Shown here: positions 56,696-64,000 of the stretch, piece by piece
How positions within the stretch are numbered: position 1 is the stretch's first letter
Layout: the number at the start of each line of letters is the position of its first letter
Source: an uncultured Actinomycetes bacterium
GTDB taxonomy: Bacteria; Actinomycetota; Thermoleophilia; Gaiellales; JAICJC01
DNA length: 64,000 nucleotides
Reading direction: 5' to 3'
Assembly: GCA_963701125.1 (NCBI GenBank)
Contig: OY969568.1
Coordinates: forward strand, 110,914-174,913
Position numbers and translations under genes: made by a program
Notes under the pieces: generated by a model
Databases searched by the model: none
Seen by the model: only the letters and a program-made list of their open reading frames with translations
Told to the model about the DNA's origin: nothing

Positions 56696-56986
56696 TCACG
56701 CTCCGGGCGGAGAACCGTGCTCGTCGTCGAGGCCCGGCGGCGGCCCGCGATGGGCCAGGATGTCGGTCAAGCGATCGATGTCGATCTCCGACAGGGACGT
56801 GGACGTCCCGGCGGCGCGGCGCTTGACGCGGTCGACGAGCTCGGCGCGGAGGATGTCGATCTTGCCGTGCAGCAGGCGCCGCCGGTAGGACACCTCCTCC
56901 TCCTCGCGCACGAAGCGCTCGATCAGCGCCTTGAGCTCATCGTCGGAGATCGTGGTGAAATCTGGCAGGACGTCCATTGGCAGCAT
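56696..56986 (-). CDS. small coiled-coil protein resembling single-motif RsiG (c-di-GMP-dependent anti-sigma factor family), tentative
   Basis: 96 aa. ISDDELKALIERFVREEEEVSYRRRLLHGKIDILRAELVDR carries E29-x3-S33-x2-R36-x3-H40-x3-D44. This equals the RsiG c-di-GMP motif E(x)3S(x)2R(x)3Q(x)3D with a Q-to-H change. Confidence 0.45.
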   Translation of the reverse strand: MLPMDVLPDFTTISDDELKALIERFVREEEEVSYRRRLLHGKIDILRAELVDRVKRRAAGTSTSLSEIDIDRLTDILAHRGPPPGLDDEHGSPPGA

Positions 56987-57069
56987 CCGTTCGTCTGAGG
57001 TCGACGGGCCGAAGTCTAGCCAGGTTCCGGCCGTTCCTCAAGCTATGGTTGAGGGTTCGATCCGGCGGG

Positions 57070-59568
57070 CTAGGCCGTCGCGGATACGAATCCGTCGAGC
57101 AGCGACCGGTACTTCTCCTCGAGGCGGTGGGAATCCTCCAACGACGCGCCCTCGGCGTACAGGTGGAACACGGGCTCGTCCGGGTCGGGCAGCACCTGCA
57201 CCCACCCCTCCGGCTCGAAGACCTTGATCCCGTCCATGTTGTCCACCTCCATGCCCTTGACCGCCTCGATCAGCTGGCGCATCGCGAGGCCCTTCGCCGA
57301 CCATGGGCAGGGCTCGCGGACGTGGACGAGCGTGCTCTGCGGCAACCCCTCGACCAGCTCGGAGAGCGGCCGGCCGGAGTGTGCGACGAGCTCGAGCAGC
57401 TTGCCGAGCGACATCACCGCGTCGTACGCGGGCAGAAACTCGGGGAAGACGTAGCCGCCGCCGGACGCGCCGGCGAAGATGGCATCCCCGGCGGCCGCCG
57501 CCGCGAGCAGGTCGCCGAGGGCCACCTTCGTGCGCTCGACGCGCAGGCTGCTGCCGGCGGCGATCTCCTCGACCATCCGCGATTCGGTGGTCGGCACGAG
57601 CAGCCGTCCCTGCCCGTCCGACGCGGCGAGCTCGCGCACGAACAGGAGCAGCGCCGTTTCGGGCGGGATCGGCCGGCTCTGCTCGTCGACGAGCCAGATG
57701 CGCTCGGCGGGGCTGTCGATCACGACGCCCAGATCGGCGCCGACCGCCCGCACCAGGTTCGCGGTGTCCTCGAGCGCCTTGGCGCGGTCGACCACCCGCG
57801 GCGTCGGCGAGGAGTCGACGAACGCGTCGATGCCGATCAGCTCCACCCCCAGCTCGCCGATCAGCGAGGGGAGCACGAGCGACGCTGCCGAAAGGCCGTA
57901 GTTCAGGACGATGCGGAAGCCGCGGGCGCGGATCGCGGGACGGTCGAGCGAGCCCAGGAGCTCCTGGACGTAGCTCTCGGTCGCGCGCGCCGGATAGGTC
58001 AGCGACCCGATCTCGGCCGGCGCGACACGGCGGAACTCCTGCCGCGAGAACGACTGCTCGATCGCCTTCAGGGCACCGCCGGCGACCAGGATCCCGGGCG
58101 GTGCGAAGAAGCTGATCTGGACGAGGTCGGGGTCGTCGGGCGCCGCCCGGACGTGCAGGCCTCCCGCCCGCTCGGTCACCTTCAGCTCGTGGCGGTTGAC
58201 GGTCGGGGGCGCGACGCGCAGGTCGGCGACGTGGACGCCGGTCGAAACGAGGCCGGCGATGATCGCGCGCTTCACCATCCGCGACGACGGGTGGGCGTCA
58301 CGGCTGCAGACGACGCGGGCGCCGCGCGGCAGGGTCGTCCCATACGCGACGCCGAGACGGGCGGCGACCTCGGAGGTGACGTCGACGTTCACGAGCCCGG
58401 TGACGCCGTCGCGGCCGAACAGTGTCGTGATGCCGCGCGACTCCCAGATCAGGTTGGTGTGGATGGCCGCGCCGGCCTCGATCGTCTTGAACGGATAGAC
58501 CTTGATTCCCGGCTGCAGGGTCGCCTCGGCGCCGATCGAGCACTCGTCCCCGACCGCGACACCCTCGTTCAGCACCGCGTGCGCGCGCACATCCACCCCC
58601 TTGCCGAGAATGGTGCCCTCGAGCCGCGCGCTGCGACCGATGTAGCTGCCCGAGTCGACCATGCTGCGAACGACCGTCGCGCCCTCCTTCACGATCACGT
58701 TCGGGCCGAGCACCGTATAGGGGCCGATCCGGGCGCCGGCGTCGACCTGGCAGAAGTTGCCGATGAAGGCCGGGCCCTCGATCTGCTCGAGGTCGGGGAG
58801 CTGCACGCCCTCGCCCAGGAGCACGTTGTCGCGCAGGCGGATGCCGGAGAGCTCGAGCTCGACACGGCCGTCCAGGGCGTCGAAGTTCGCCTGCCGGTAC
58901 TGATCGAGGTTGCCGATGTCCTGCCAGTACCCCTCGGCAACGTGGCCGAGCATCGGCTTGCCGCGCTCGAGCAGGTCGGGGAAGAGCTGCTTCGAGAAGT
59001 CATAGGGCATCCCCGGCGGCACCGCCCGCAGCACCTCGGGCTCGAGCACGTACACGCCGGTGTTGATCGTGTCCGAGAACACCTGACCCCACGACGGCTT
59101 CTCCAGAAACCGCTCGACCCGCCCGTCCTCGTCGATGATCACGACCCCGAACTCGAGCGGGTTGTCGACCGACTTCAGCGCGAGCGTCGCCGCCGCTCCG
59201 CTCGACCGGTGCGCCGCGATCAGCGCATCGAGGTCGAAGTCGCACAGGGCGTCGCCGGAGATGACGAGGAACGTCTCGTCGAGCAGCTCCTCGGCATTCT
59301 TCACGCTTCCGGCCGTGCCGAGCGGCCGCTCCTCGACCGAGTAGTGCAGCTCGACGCCGAGCGCGCCGCCGTCGTCGAAGTAGCCCCGGATCACCTGCGG
59401 CAGGTACGCGACGGTGACCACGATGTCCGTCATGCCGTGCCGGCGCAGGAGCTCGATGATGTGCTGCATGCACGGCTTGCCCGCCACGGGCACCATCGGC
59501 TTTGGCTGGTTCGACGTGAGCGGGCGCAGCCGCGTGCCCTCGCCACCCGCCATGACGACCGCCTTCAC
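57070..59568 (-). CDS. bifunctional sugar-1-phosphate nucleotidylyltransferase (mannose-1-phosphate guanylyltransferase-like, with LbH domain) / phosphohexomutase fusion
   Basis: N-terminus [30 protein letters not shown] and a left-handed beta-helix hexapeptide region. The C-terminal 450 aa have the alpha-D-phosphohexomutase domain architecture. GTG 59568 has a GGGAGG RBS. Confidence 0.85.
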   Translation of the reverse strand: MKAVVMAGGEGTRLRPLTSNQPKPMVPVAGKPCMQHIIELLRRHGMTDIVVTVAYLPQVIRGYFDDGGALGVELHYSVEERPLGTAGSVKNAEELLDETFLVISGDALCDFDLDALIAAHRSSGAAATLALKSVDNPLEFGVVIIDEDGRVERFLEKPSWGQVFSDTINTGVYVLEPEVLRAVPPGMPYDFSKQLFPDLLERGKPMLGHVAEGYWQDIGNLDQYRQANFDALDGRVELELSGIRLRDNVLLGEGVQLPDLEQIEGPAFIGNFCQVDAGARIGPYTVLGPNVIVKEGATVVRSMVDSGSYIGRSARLEGTILGKGVDVRAHAVLNEGVAVGDECSIGAEATLQPGIKVYPFKTIEAGAAIHTNLIWESRGITTLFGRDGVTGLVNVDVTSEVAARLGVAYGTTLPRGARVVCSRDAHPSSRMVKRAIIAGLVSTGVHVADLRVAPPTVNRHELKVTERAGGLHVRAAPDDPDLVQISFFAPPGILVAGGALKAIEQSFSRQEFRRVAPAEIGSLTYPARATESYVQELLGSLDRPAIRARGFRIVLNYGLSAASLVLPSLIGELGVELIGIDAFVDSSPTPRVVDRAKALEDTANLVRAVGADLGVVIDSPAERIWLVDEQSRPIPPETALLLFVRELAASDGQGRLLVPTTESRMVEEIAAGSSLRVERTKVALGDLLAAAAAGDAIFAGASGGGYVFPEFLPAYDAVMSLGKLLELVAHSGRPLSELVEGLPQSTLVHVREPCPWSAKGLAMRQLIEAVKGMEVDNMDGIKVFEPEGWVQVLPDPDEPVFHLYAEGASLEDSHRLEEKYRSLLDGFVSATA

Positions 59569-59569
59569 G

Positions 59570-60079
59570 TCAGGCCTCCCTCGGCGGGCGCATGTACCGG
59601 TTCGCGGCCGCAAGCGAGAGCACGAGGCCCACGCCGAAGAGCACCTGCGGCCACGGCGCGGTGGTCAGCATGAGCAGGACCAGCGAGAGCATGATCACGG
59701 CGGTCGCCGTCTTCCCGGTCATGTTGACCACCACGCGCGTGCTCATGCGGCGGACGCGGAAGAGCAGCGCGAGCCACACGTCACGCAGCAGGACGGGCGC
59801 CGCGAGCCACCACGGCAGCCGGTCCTGATACCAGAGCAGCAGGAGCGCCATGTTGATCAGGAGCCGGTCGGCCAGCGGATCGGCGATGCGCCCGAACCGC
59901 GACGGGCGGTCGGTGTGCCGGGCCAGGTAGCCGTCGAGGAAGTCCGTCAGCGAGGCTGCCGCGAACACCGCGGCCGCGGGCCAGCTGGGGTGATGCCCGG
60001 CCGAGGCGAGCAGGACCGCGAACGGCACCACCGCCGCGAGCCGCACTGCAGTCAGGAGGTTGGCGAGGAGCCGGAGCAC
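59570..60079 (-). CDS. CDP-alcohol phosphatidyltransferase family protein (PgsA-like)
   Basis: The D(x)2DG(x)2AR...G(x)3D(x)3D motif is present as [27 protein letters not shown]. It is a multi-pass membrane protein whose stop abuts the downstream fusion gene start. Confidence 0.85.
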   Translation of the reverse strand: MLRLLANLLTAVRLAAVVPFAVLLASAGHHPSWPAAAVFAAASLTDFLDGYLARHTDRPSRFGRIADPLADRLLINMALLLLWYQDRLPWWLAAPVLLRDVWLALLFRVRRMSTRVVVNMTGKTATAVIMLSLVLLMLTTAPWPQVLFGVGLVLSLAAANRYMRPPREA

Positions 60080-60131
60080 GCACCGGGAGTGTACCGGCGG
60101 TATCCGGTCTCCACGCGCCGCGTCGAAGGGT

Positions 60132-60527
60132 CTAGCGGGGTGTGACCGAGACGCGGAAGATCTCGCCGACGACCGCGCAGCGGCGCGGTCCGTGCACCTT
60201 GACGTACGACCACTGACCCGACTGGCTCGTCGTCACACGCGGCTTGTGCCCGCCCCAAACGACCATGTACTCGAACGGCCTGCCCGCGGCGAGCCGGAAC
60301 CGGTAGGTCGCGGTCGGGCCCGTGGGCACGACCTCACCGGCGGGGCAGTTGCAGCCGAGCGCGAGCCGGGCCGGCAGGCCCTTGGGCGGGTGGGCGTAGC
60401 AGGGCGGCGGCTGGGTGCGGGTGAAGAACCGCGAGCCGATGTGAGAGAGGGCCGGCGCAGCCGAACTTGTCTGCGCCTGGAAAAGTGCCGCGACCATCGT
60501 CACGGCAATTAGGGCGAAGCGTCGCAT
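60132..60527 (-). CDS. small secreted protein, unknown function
   Basis: GGAGG RBS. Signal peptide MRRFALIAVTMVAALFQAQTSSAA. 131 aa with four Cys. The upstream 360 codons of the long ORF are noncoding. Confidence 0.6.
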   Translation of the reverse strand: MRRFALIAVTMVAALFQAQTSSAAPALSHIGSRFFTRTQPPPCYAHPPKGLPARLALGCNCPAGEVVPTGPTATYRFRLAAGRPFEYMVVWGGHKPRVTTSQSGQWSYVKVHGPRRCAVVGEIFRVSVTPR

Positions 60528-61259
60528 CTCGAGAGCCTCCGATTTCCAGTCTTGACGCCACCCCCGGATCCTGCACCCCGATCGTAGCTCCGACGGCCGC
60601 CCACGGCCAGTCTCGTCACGGTTGCAGGTCGCTCCCGAAGCCCAATGGGGCCGTTCGACCGTCGCAAGTATTGTGTAAAGACATTTCATACCATGCCCAG
60701 CGGATGGATGCGGAACATGTACGGTCGTTTTCGCGGCTGAATGTCGTGGATAGCGGGTCGGACTGTCCGACGAGGACGCTCGGTGGGGTCGCCGGGGTGG
60801 TATGGAGGGTGGTAGCCGCACCGCGGCTATGACCAGACCGGGGGTCTGCGGGGGTCGTCGCCGGTGCGAGTCCGGTCCGCTCCCCGGCTCGTCAGCCGGC
60901 CGGCCGGCGTCGCGCGGAGGCAGCGGCGCCGGCCGGTAATGCAGCGCAAATTCCCTGCCAAATATTGCCATATGGCCACGAACGGGGGAAACTTGGAGCG
61001 TCGCGGGCGCCGTTCCGCCGGTGTCCTTCGGGCGTGACCCCTCGGGGGGTGCCGAGTGGGCGCGAACGGCGCCCGCGGCGCGACGCGGTGTTTCCACGAC
61101 CCCCGGCGGCGTACCGTCGCCCCCGACGACCGAGGAGGGGCGAGTGCCGGTCGCCCTCGCGCCGGGGAAGATCCCGGGGCCACGCCGCGTCCTTTGGGCG
61201 ACGCCGCCCCCGGGGCAGCGTCCGTGAGGCACCACGAACCACGGAGGAGACAGGTGACG

Positions 61260-61556
61260 ATGCAGACGTACGTGATCCTGCGCCGGAGCGGGTGGAAGAC
61301 CGCCGCAGACCTCGGAGCGGCCGCCGAGCGGTCGCGCCAGGTCGGCGATGAGGAGATGCCCGACGACATCCGCTGGATCCGCAGCTACGTGCTCGAAGAG
61401 GCGGACGGCACCGTGGGGACGGTGTGCATCTACCAGGCATCGAGCCCCGAGAAGATCCGCGAGCATGCCCGGCGGGCCGACCTCGAGGCAACCGAGATCA
61501 TTCCGGTCGCAGATACGGTGCTCGTCCGGCCGGATCCCGCGCCGGCCGCGGCGTAG
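61260..61556 (+). CDS. DUF4242 domain protein
   Basis: GGAGGAG RBS 9 nt upstream. MQTYVILRRSG...IRWIRSYVLEEADGTVGTVCIYQASSPEKIREHARRADLEATEIIPV matches the DUF4242 pattern. Confidence 0.75.
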   Translation: MQTYVILRRSGWKTAADLGAAAERSRQVGDEEMPDDIRWIRSYVLEEADGTVGTVCIYQASSPEKIREHARRADLEATEIIPVADTVLVRPDPAPAAA

Positions 61557-61587
61557 CCGGCTGAGGCACGTCCGTCCCGAGTCACAC

Positions 61588-61629
61588 GAAGGCCGCCCGG
61601 CGGAAGGGGTCACGCGCCGGGCGGCCTTC
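61588..61629 (+). terminator. terminator-like hairpin after the DUF4242 gene
   Basis: GAAGGCCGCCCGGCG-12 nt-CGCCGGGCGGCCTTC, a 15-bp perfect stem 32 nt after the stop. No U-tract. Confidence 0.5.
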
Positions 61630-61743
61630 GAGACTCCAAACCCGGCGCGCGTCCAGTCCGCCGCGCGCCGGTCATGCGACTCTACGCGGGCCCGCAGGAG
61701 CCCGGCAATGGGGGTTTACCCCCATTCCACCGCGTCCGATCGG

Positions 61744-61790
61744 AAGGCCGCCGTGCGCGTCTGCGTGGGGTCGCGGCGCACGGCGGCCTT
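61744..61790. other. second 15-bp perfect-stem hairpin sharing the GAAGGCCGCC arm
   Basis: AAGGCCGCCGTGCGC-17 nt-GCGCACGGCGGCCTT. The outer arm sequence is related to the hairpin at 61588-61629. Confidence 0.5.
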
Positions 61791-61882
61791 GCGACCGATC
61801 GCCCGGGTCTGCACCGAGTGATGAAGCGGAGGAAGCACACGCCCAGCACGAACCCGCGGCGGACACTAACCCTGCCACAAGG

Positions 61883-61916
61883 CAAACACAAGAAATCGGC
61901 TGGCAATATCAGCCAG
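61883..61916 (-). terminator. intrinsic terminator candidate for the PAS histidine kinase gene
   Basis: On the minus strand CTGGC-TGATATT-GCCAG, which includes the TGA stop, is followed by CCGATTTCTTGTGTTTG (U-rich tail). Confidence 0.4.
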
Positions 61917-63414
61917 ACGGCCGCAGCTGGCGCCGCAGCGGCACGGCAAATGCGACGCTGGTGCCCTCGCCGGGAGCGGAGCGGATCGATGCCTCCCCGC
62001 CCACGGCCCGCAGCCGCTCTGTGAGGGCGTCGAGGCCGAGGTGCAGCGGCGCGTCGGGACGCGCGCGTGCCGCCTCGACGTCGAATCCGCGCCCGTCGTC
62101 GCGCACCTCGCCGGCGAGCCGGTCGCCGTCCTCGGCGACGCTGACCGAGATCCGGCGCGGGCGAGCGTGCTTGCGGACGTTGGCGAGCGCCTCCTGCACG
62201 GTGCGGTACACGAGCTCCTCGACGCCGCGCTCATAGCGCCCCACCCTGCACTCGACGCGCGCCTTCGCGTCGGCTTCACGGGCGGTCTGGTCGGCCAGCA
62301 GCTCGAGGGCAGGCCGCAGGCCGCGCTCGTGCAGGATGGCGGGGCGCAGCTCGAACATCAGCCTCCGCGTGCGGTCGGTCGCCTCCTCGAGCGTTGCGCG
62401 GGCCGTGCCGATGGCATCGGCCAGGCGCGGGTTCTCGGTCTTGCGCGCCACCATCGCGACCCGGTCCATCGCGAGCAGCGCCGCGGTCATCACCTGCACG
62501 GTGTCATCGTGGAGCTCCGTCGCGATCCGGCTGCGCTCGTCCTCCTCGGATTGCAGCAGGCTCGCCAGGATCTCACGCCGGCGCTGCTCGCTCTCGGCCA
62601 GCGCGCGTTCGGCAGAGACCCGATCGGACACGTCGGAGTAGATCGAGCCCACCCACTCGACCTCGTCCTCGCGGTCGCCGATGGGGAAGATCGTCATCAG
62701 GTAGCTGCGTTCGCGGTCGGCTCCGGTCACCTCCAGGTTCAGGAACACCTCGCCGGTCGCAAACGCCTGCCGGATCGCGCCGACCACGAGCGGATTCACA
62801 TCCGGGACGGCCTCGGTGAGCGGCATGCCGATGTGCGCCGGCGTGATCTGGCCGATCTGCTCGATCGTCGCGTTCACGCGCACGATCCGCAGCTCGCGGT
62901 CGTACACGGCGACGCCCACGCCCGGGGCGCGATCGAGCACCATGCCCAGGACGCCCGCATCGCTCGCCGAGGCGATCCCCTCGGCCGGAGTGAGCTCGAC
63001 GAGCACGACGTTCTCACCTGCAAGCGCCAGGCTGTGGATCTCGACGTCGAAGCGGCGCGGGCCGGCGGCGGTCGGGATCTCCCGCGCGTAGCGGTAGCCA
63101 CGGCCCTGCGGCGGCAGGCGGTCGTACACCCAGCCCGCGCGCCGCTCGTCCGAGATCCCCGACATCGCGACCGACCCGCCGACGATGTCGGCCGCCGGCC
63201 GGCCCACCAGCCGGCAGTACGCATCGTTCACGTGCACGATCGTCTGGTCGGGCAGCACGACGGCAAGGGCGCGTTCGGACTCGGCGATGTTGCCCGAACC
63301 GCCGCGGGTCTGCTCCGTCGGGCTCACGACGACCCGAGCCGCCCGGCCACCGCGCTGCGGCATTCGCTCTGCACAACGGGCGAACCTTACCCCGGTGGCG
63401 TCGACCAAAGTCAT
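61909..63414 (-). CDS. PAS-domain sensor histidine kinase, HisKA_3 (NarL-partner) type, cytoplasmic
   Basis: Two or three PAS-like modules (VVLPDQTIVHVNDAYCRLVGRP..., VAVYDRELRIVRVNATIEQI...). HisKA_3 H-box EDERSRIATELHDDTVQ. HATPase (EALANVRKHA, DDGRGF, GLDALTERL). No TM helix. Confidence 0.88.
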   Translation of the reverse strand: MTLVDATGVRFARCAERMPQRGGRAARVVVSPTEQTRGGSGNIAESERALAVVLPDQTIVHVNDAYCRLVGRPAADIVGGSVAMSGISDERRAGWVYDRLPPQGRGYRYAREIPTAAGPRRFDVEIHSLALAGENVVLVELTPAEGIASASDAGVLGMVLDRAPGVGVAVYDRELRIVRVNATIEQIGQITPAHIGMPLTEAVPDVNPLVVGAIRQAFATGEVFLNLEVTGADRERSYLMTIFPIGDREDEVEWVGSIYSDVSDRVSAERALAESEQRRREILASLLQSEEDERSRIATELHDDTVQVMTAALLAMDRVAMVARKTENPRLADAIGTARATLEEATDRTRRLMFELRPAILHERGLRPALELLADQTAREADAKARVECRVGRYERGVEELVYRTVQEALANVRKHARPRRISVSVAEDGDRLAGEVRDDGRGFDVEAARARPDAPLHLGLDALTERLRAVGGEASIRSAPGEGTSVAFAVPLRRQLRPSG

Positions 63415-63454
63415 CCGCCCCCGCGGCTCAAGGCACCGCGCCCCAAATGTGAGC

Positions 63455-63649
63455 CTACGAACGGAGCCGCTTGAAGATCAGCAGGTGCCCGTCACGCGTG
63501 TCGCGCAGGTCGGCGTCGAGCGTGATCGTTGCGAGCTCCCATCCGTCCTGCCCCGCCTTCTTGAGGGCGTCCTCGAGATCGCCCACCCGCAGCTTGTCCC
63601 GCCCGATCATCGACGTGAGCACCTCGGTCTTGTATTCCCATGCCGGCAT
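63455..63649 (-). CDS. DUF4177 domain protein
   Basis: GGAGG RBS. The 64-aa sequence MPAWEYKTEVL...LKKAGQDGWELATI...LLIFKR matches the DUF4177 pattern. The rest of the 165-aa ORF is an upstream extension. Confidence 0.7.
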   Translation of the reverse strand: MPAWEYKTEVLTSMIGRDKLRVGDLEDALKKAGQDGWELATITLDADLRDTRDGHLLIFKRLRS

Positions 63650-63758
63650 CGCCTGCCTCCTCATGTCGGTTTGCCGGCGGGATGTTCTCAAACCGGGTGG
63701 CCGGCGGCCGAACCGTTTACGATCTACCAGTCCATCCCATACGGAAAGAGGCAGGCAG

Positions 63759-64000
63759 ATGAGACACAAGCTCGTGATCGTGGCGGCGCTCGCCGCCACG
63801 GCGGCGGTGGCAATCGGCATCGGCGTCGCCCAGGGCGCCGCGTCGTCGGCGGACTCCAACACGCGTCCCGTGCATCTCGCGCCGCGGCTGGTGGCCGGGC
63901 CGTTCACCGGCCGGTCGCAGACCATGTTCGCCGTCGTCGCCGCCGACGGCACGCTCGTCCGCGGCTACGGCGTCGCATCATCGGGCCCGATCGGCTCGAC
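63759..64000 (+). CDS. secreted protein, 5' part only (runs off the window)
   Basis: ATG 63759 follows GAAAGAGG. Signal peptide MRHKLVIVAALAATAAVAIGIGVAQGAAS. High GC3, with no stop before the window end. Confidence 0.5.
   Translation, partial: MRHKLVIVAALAATAAVAIGIGVAQGAASSADSNTRPVHLAPRLVAGPFTGRSQTMFAVVAADGTLVRGYGVASSGPIGS

Noticed and set aside
60813-60876. tRNA-like appearance: a T-arm-like GCCGG-TGCGAGT-CCGGT preceded by two hairpins.
   Set aside because: The loop reads TGCGAGT rather than TTCGA(A/G)T. The upstream hairpins have 3-nt loops, so no 7-nt anticodon loop exists. No 7-bp acceptor pairing or CCA-compatible end could be drawn.
61000-61259. Known riboswitch upstream of the DUF4242 gene (cobalamin, NiCo, glycine, guanidine or ZTP classes considered).
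   Set aside because: I could not find the conserved cores I remember (the B12 box GCCACTG / AGCCAGGAGACCTGCC, ACGR tetraloops on paired hairpins, GGAGAG...CACCG and so on). The GC-rich hairpins are expected by chance at this composition. The region is kept only as an unexplained region in findings.

Overview
High-GC bacterial chromosome segment; by eye above 70% G+C, and real genes carry G/C at almost every third codon position. All calls rest on reading the translations and recalling family motifs. No homology search was run.

The gene order follows conserved Actinomycetota housekeeping synteny: rpsO-pnp-M16 peptidase-dapB ... dapA-rnj-ftsK ... cinA-recA-recX ... miaB-miaA-dapF-(dapL)-hflX-dut ... 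FHA/MerR pair. RNase Y, DapL, MurT/GatD, a methyl-accepting chemotaxis protein and a small RsiG-like protein are also present. As inference only, this suggests a deep-branching, possibly motile actinobacterium (Thermoleophilia/Rubrobacteria-like).

I support about 70 protein-coding genes. I recognised no rRNA, tRNA or CRISPR array. One IS110-family element of about 1.4 kb sits exactly between two convergent stop codons.

Accessory islands within the core:
- A chemoreceptor flanked by two secreted metal-binding-like proteins.
- A PLP decarboxylase plus a second DapA paralog.
- An OmpR/HisKA two-component operon.
- An HD-GYP plus degenerate-GGDEF pair next to a 714-aa coiled-coil protein.
- Several small secreted or Cys-rich orphan proteins.

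Eleven otherwise well-conserved genes have broken reading frames: pnp, M16 peptidase, recX, rny, miaA, dapF, dapL, the response regulator, the sensor kinase, a small secreted protein and the IS110 transposase. The breaks are densest at 27.9-29.7 kb. This looks more like indel error in the assembly than biology, but local gene decay cannot be excluded from sequence alone.

The most interesting non-genic signal is a near-consensus sigma70-type promoter at 50197-50225, followed about 170 nt later by a strong terminator-like hairpin; this is a candidate sRNA or attenuating leader. Other non-genic signals are a triple GC-palindrome upstream of rpsO, a LexA box upstream of recA, a 730-bp noncoding gap at 60.5-61.3 kb, and twin 15-bp perfect hairpins at 61.6-61.8 kb.

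I do not see a clear-cut novel multi-gene system such as a defence island. The best candidates for new biology are the c-di-GMP-related neighbourhood and the RsiG-like protein.
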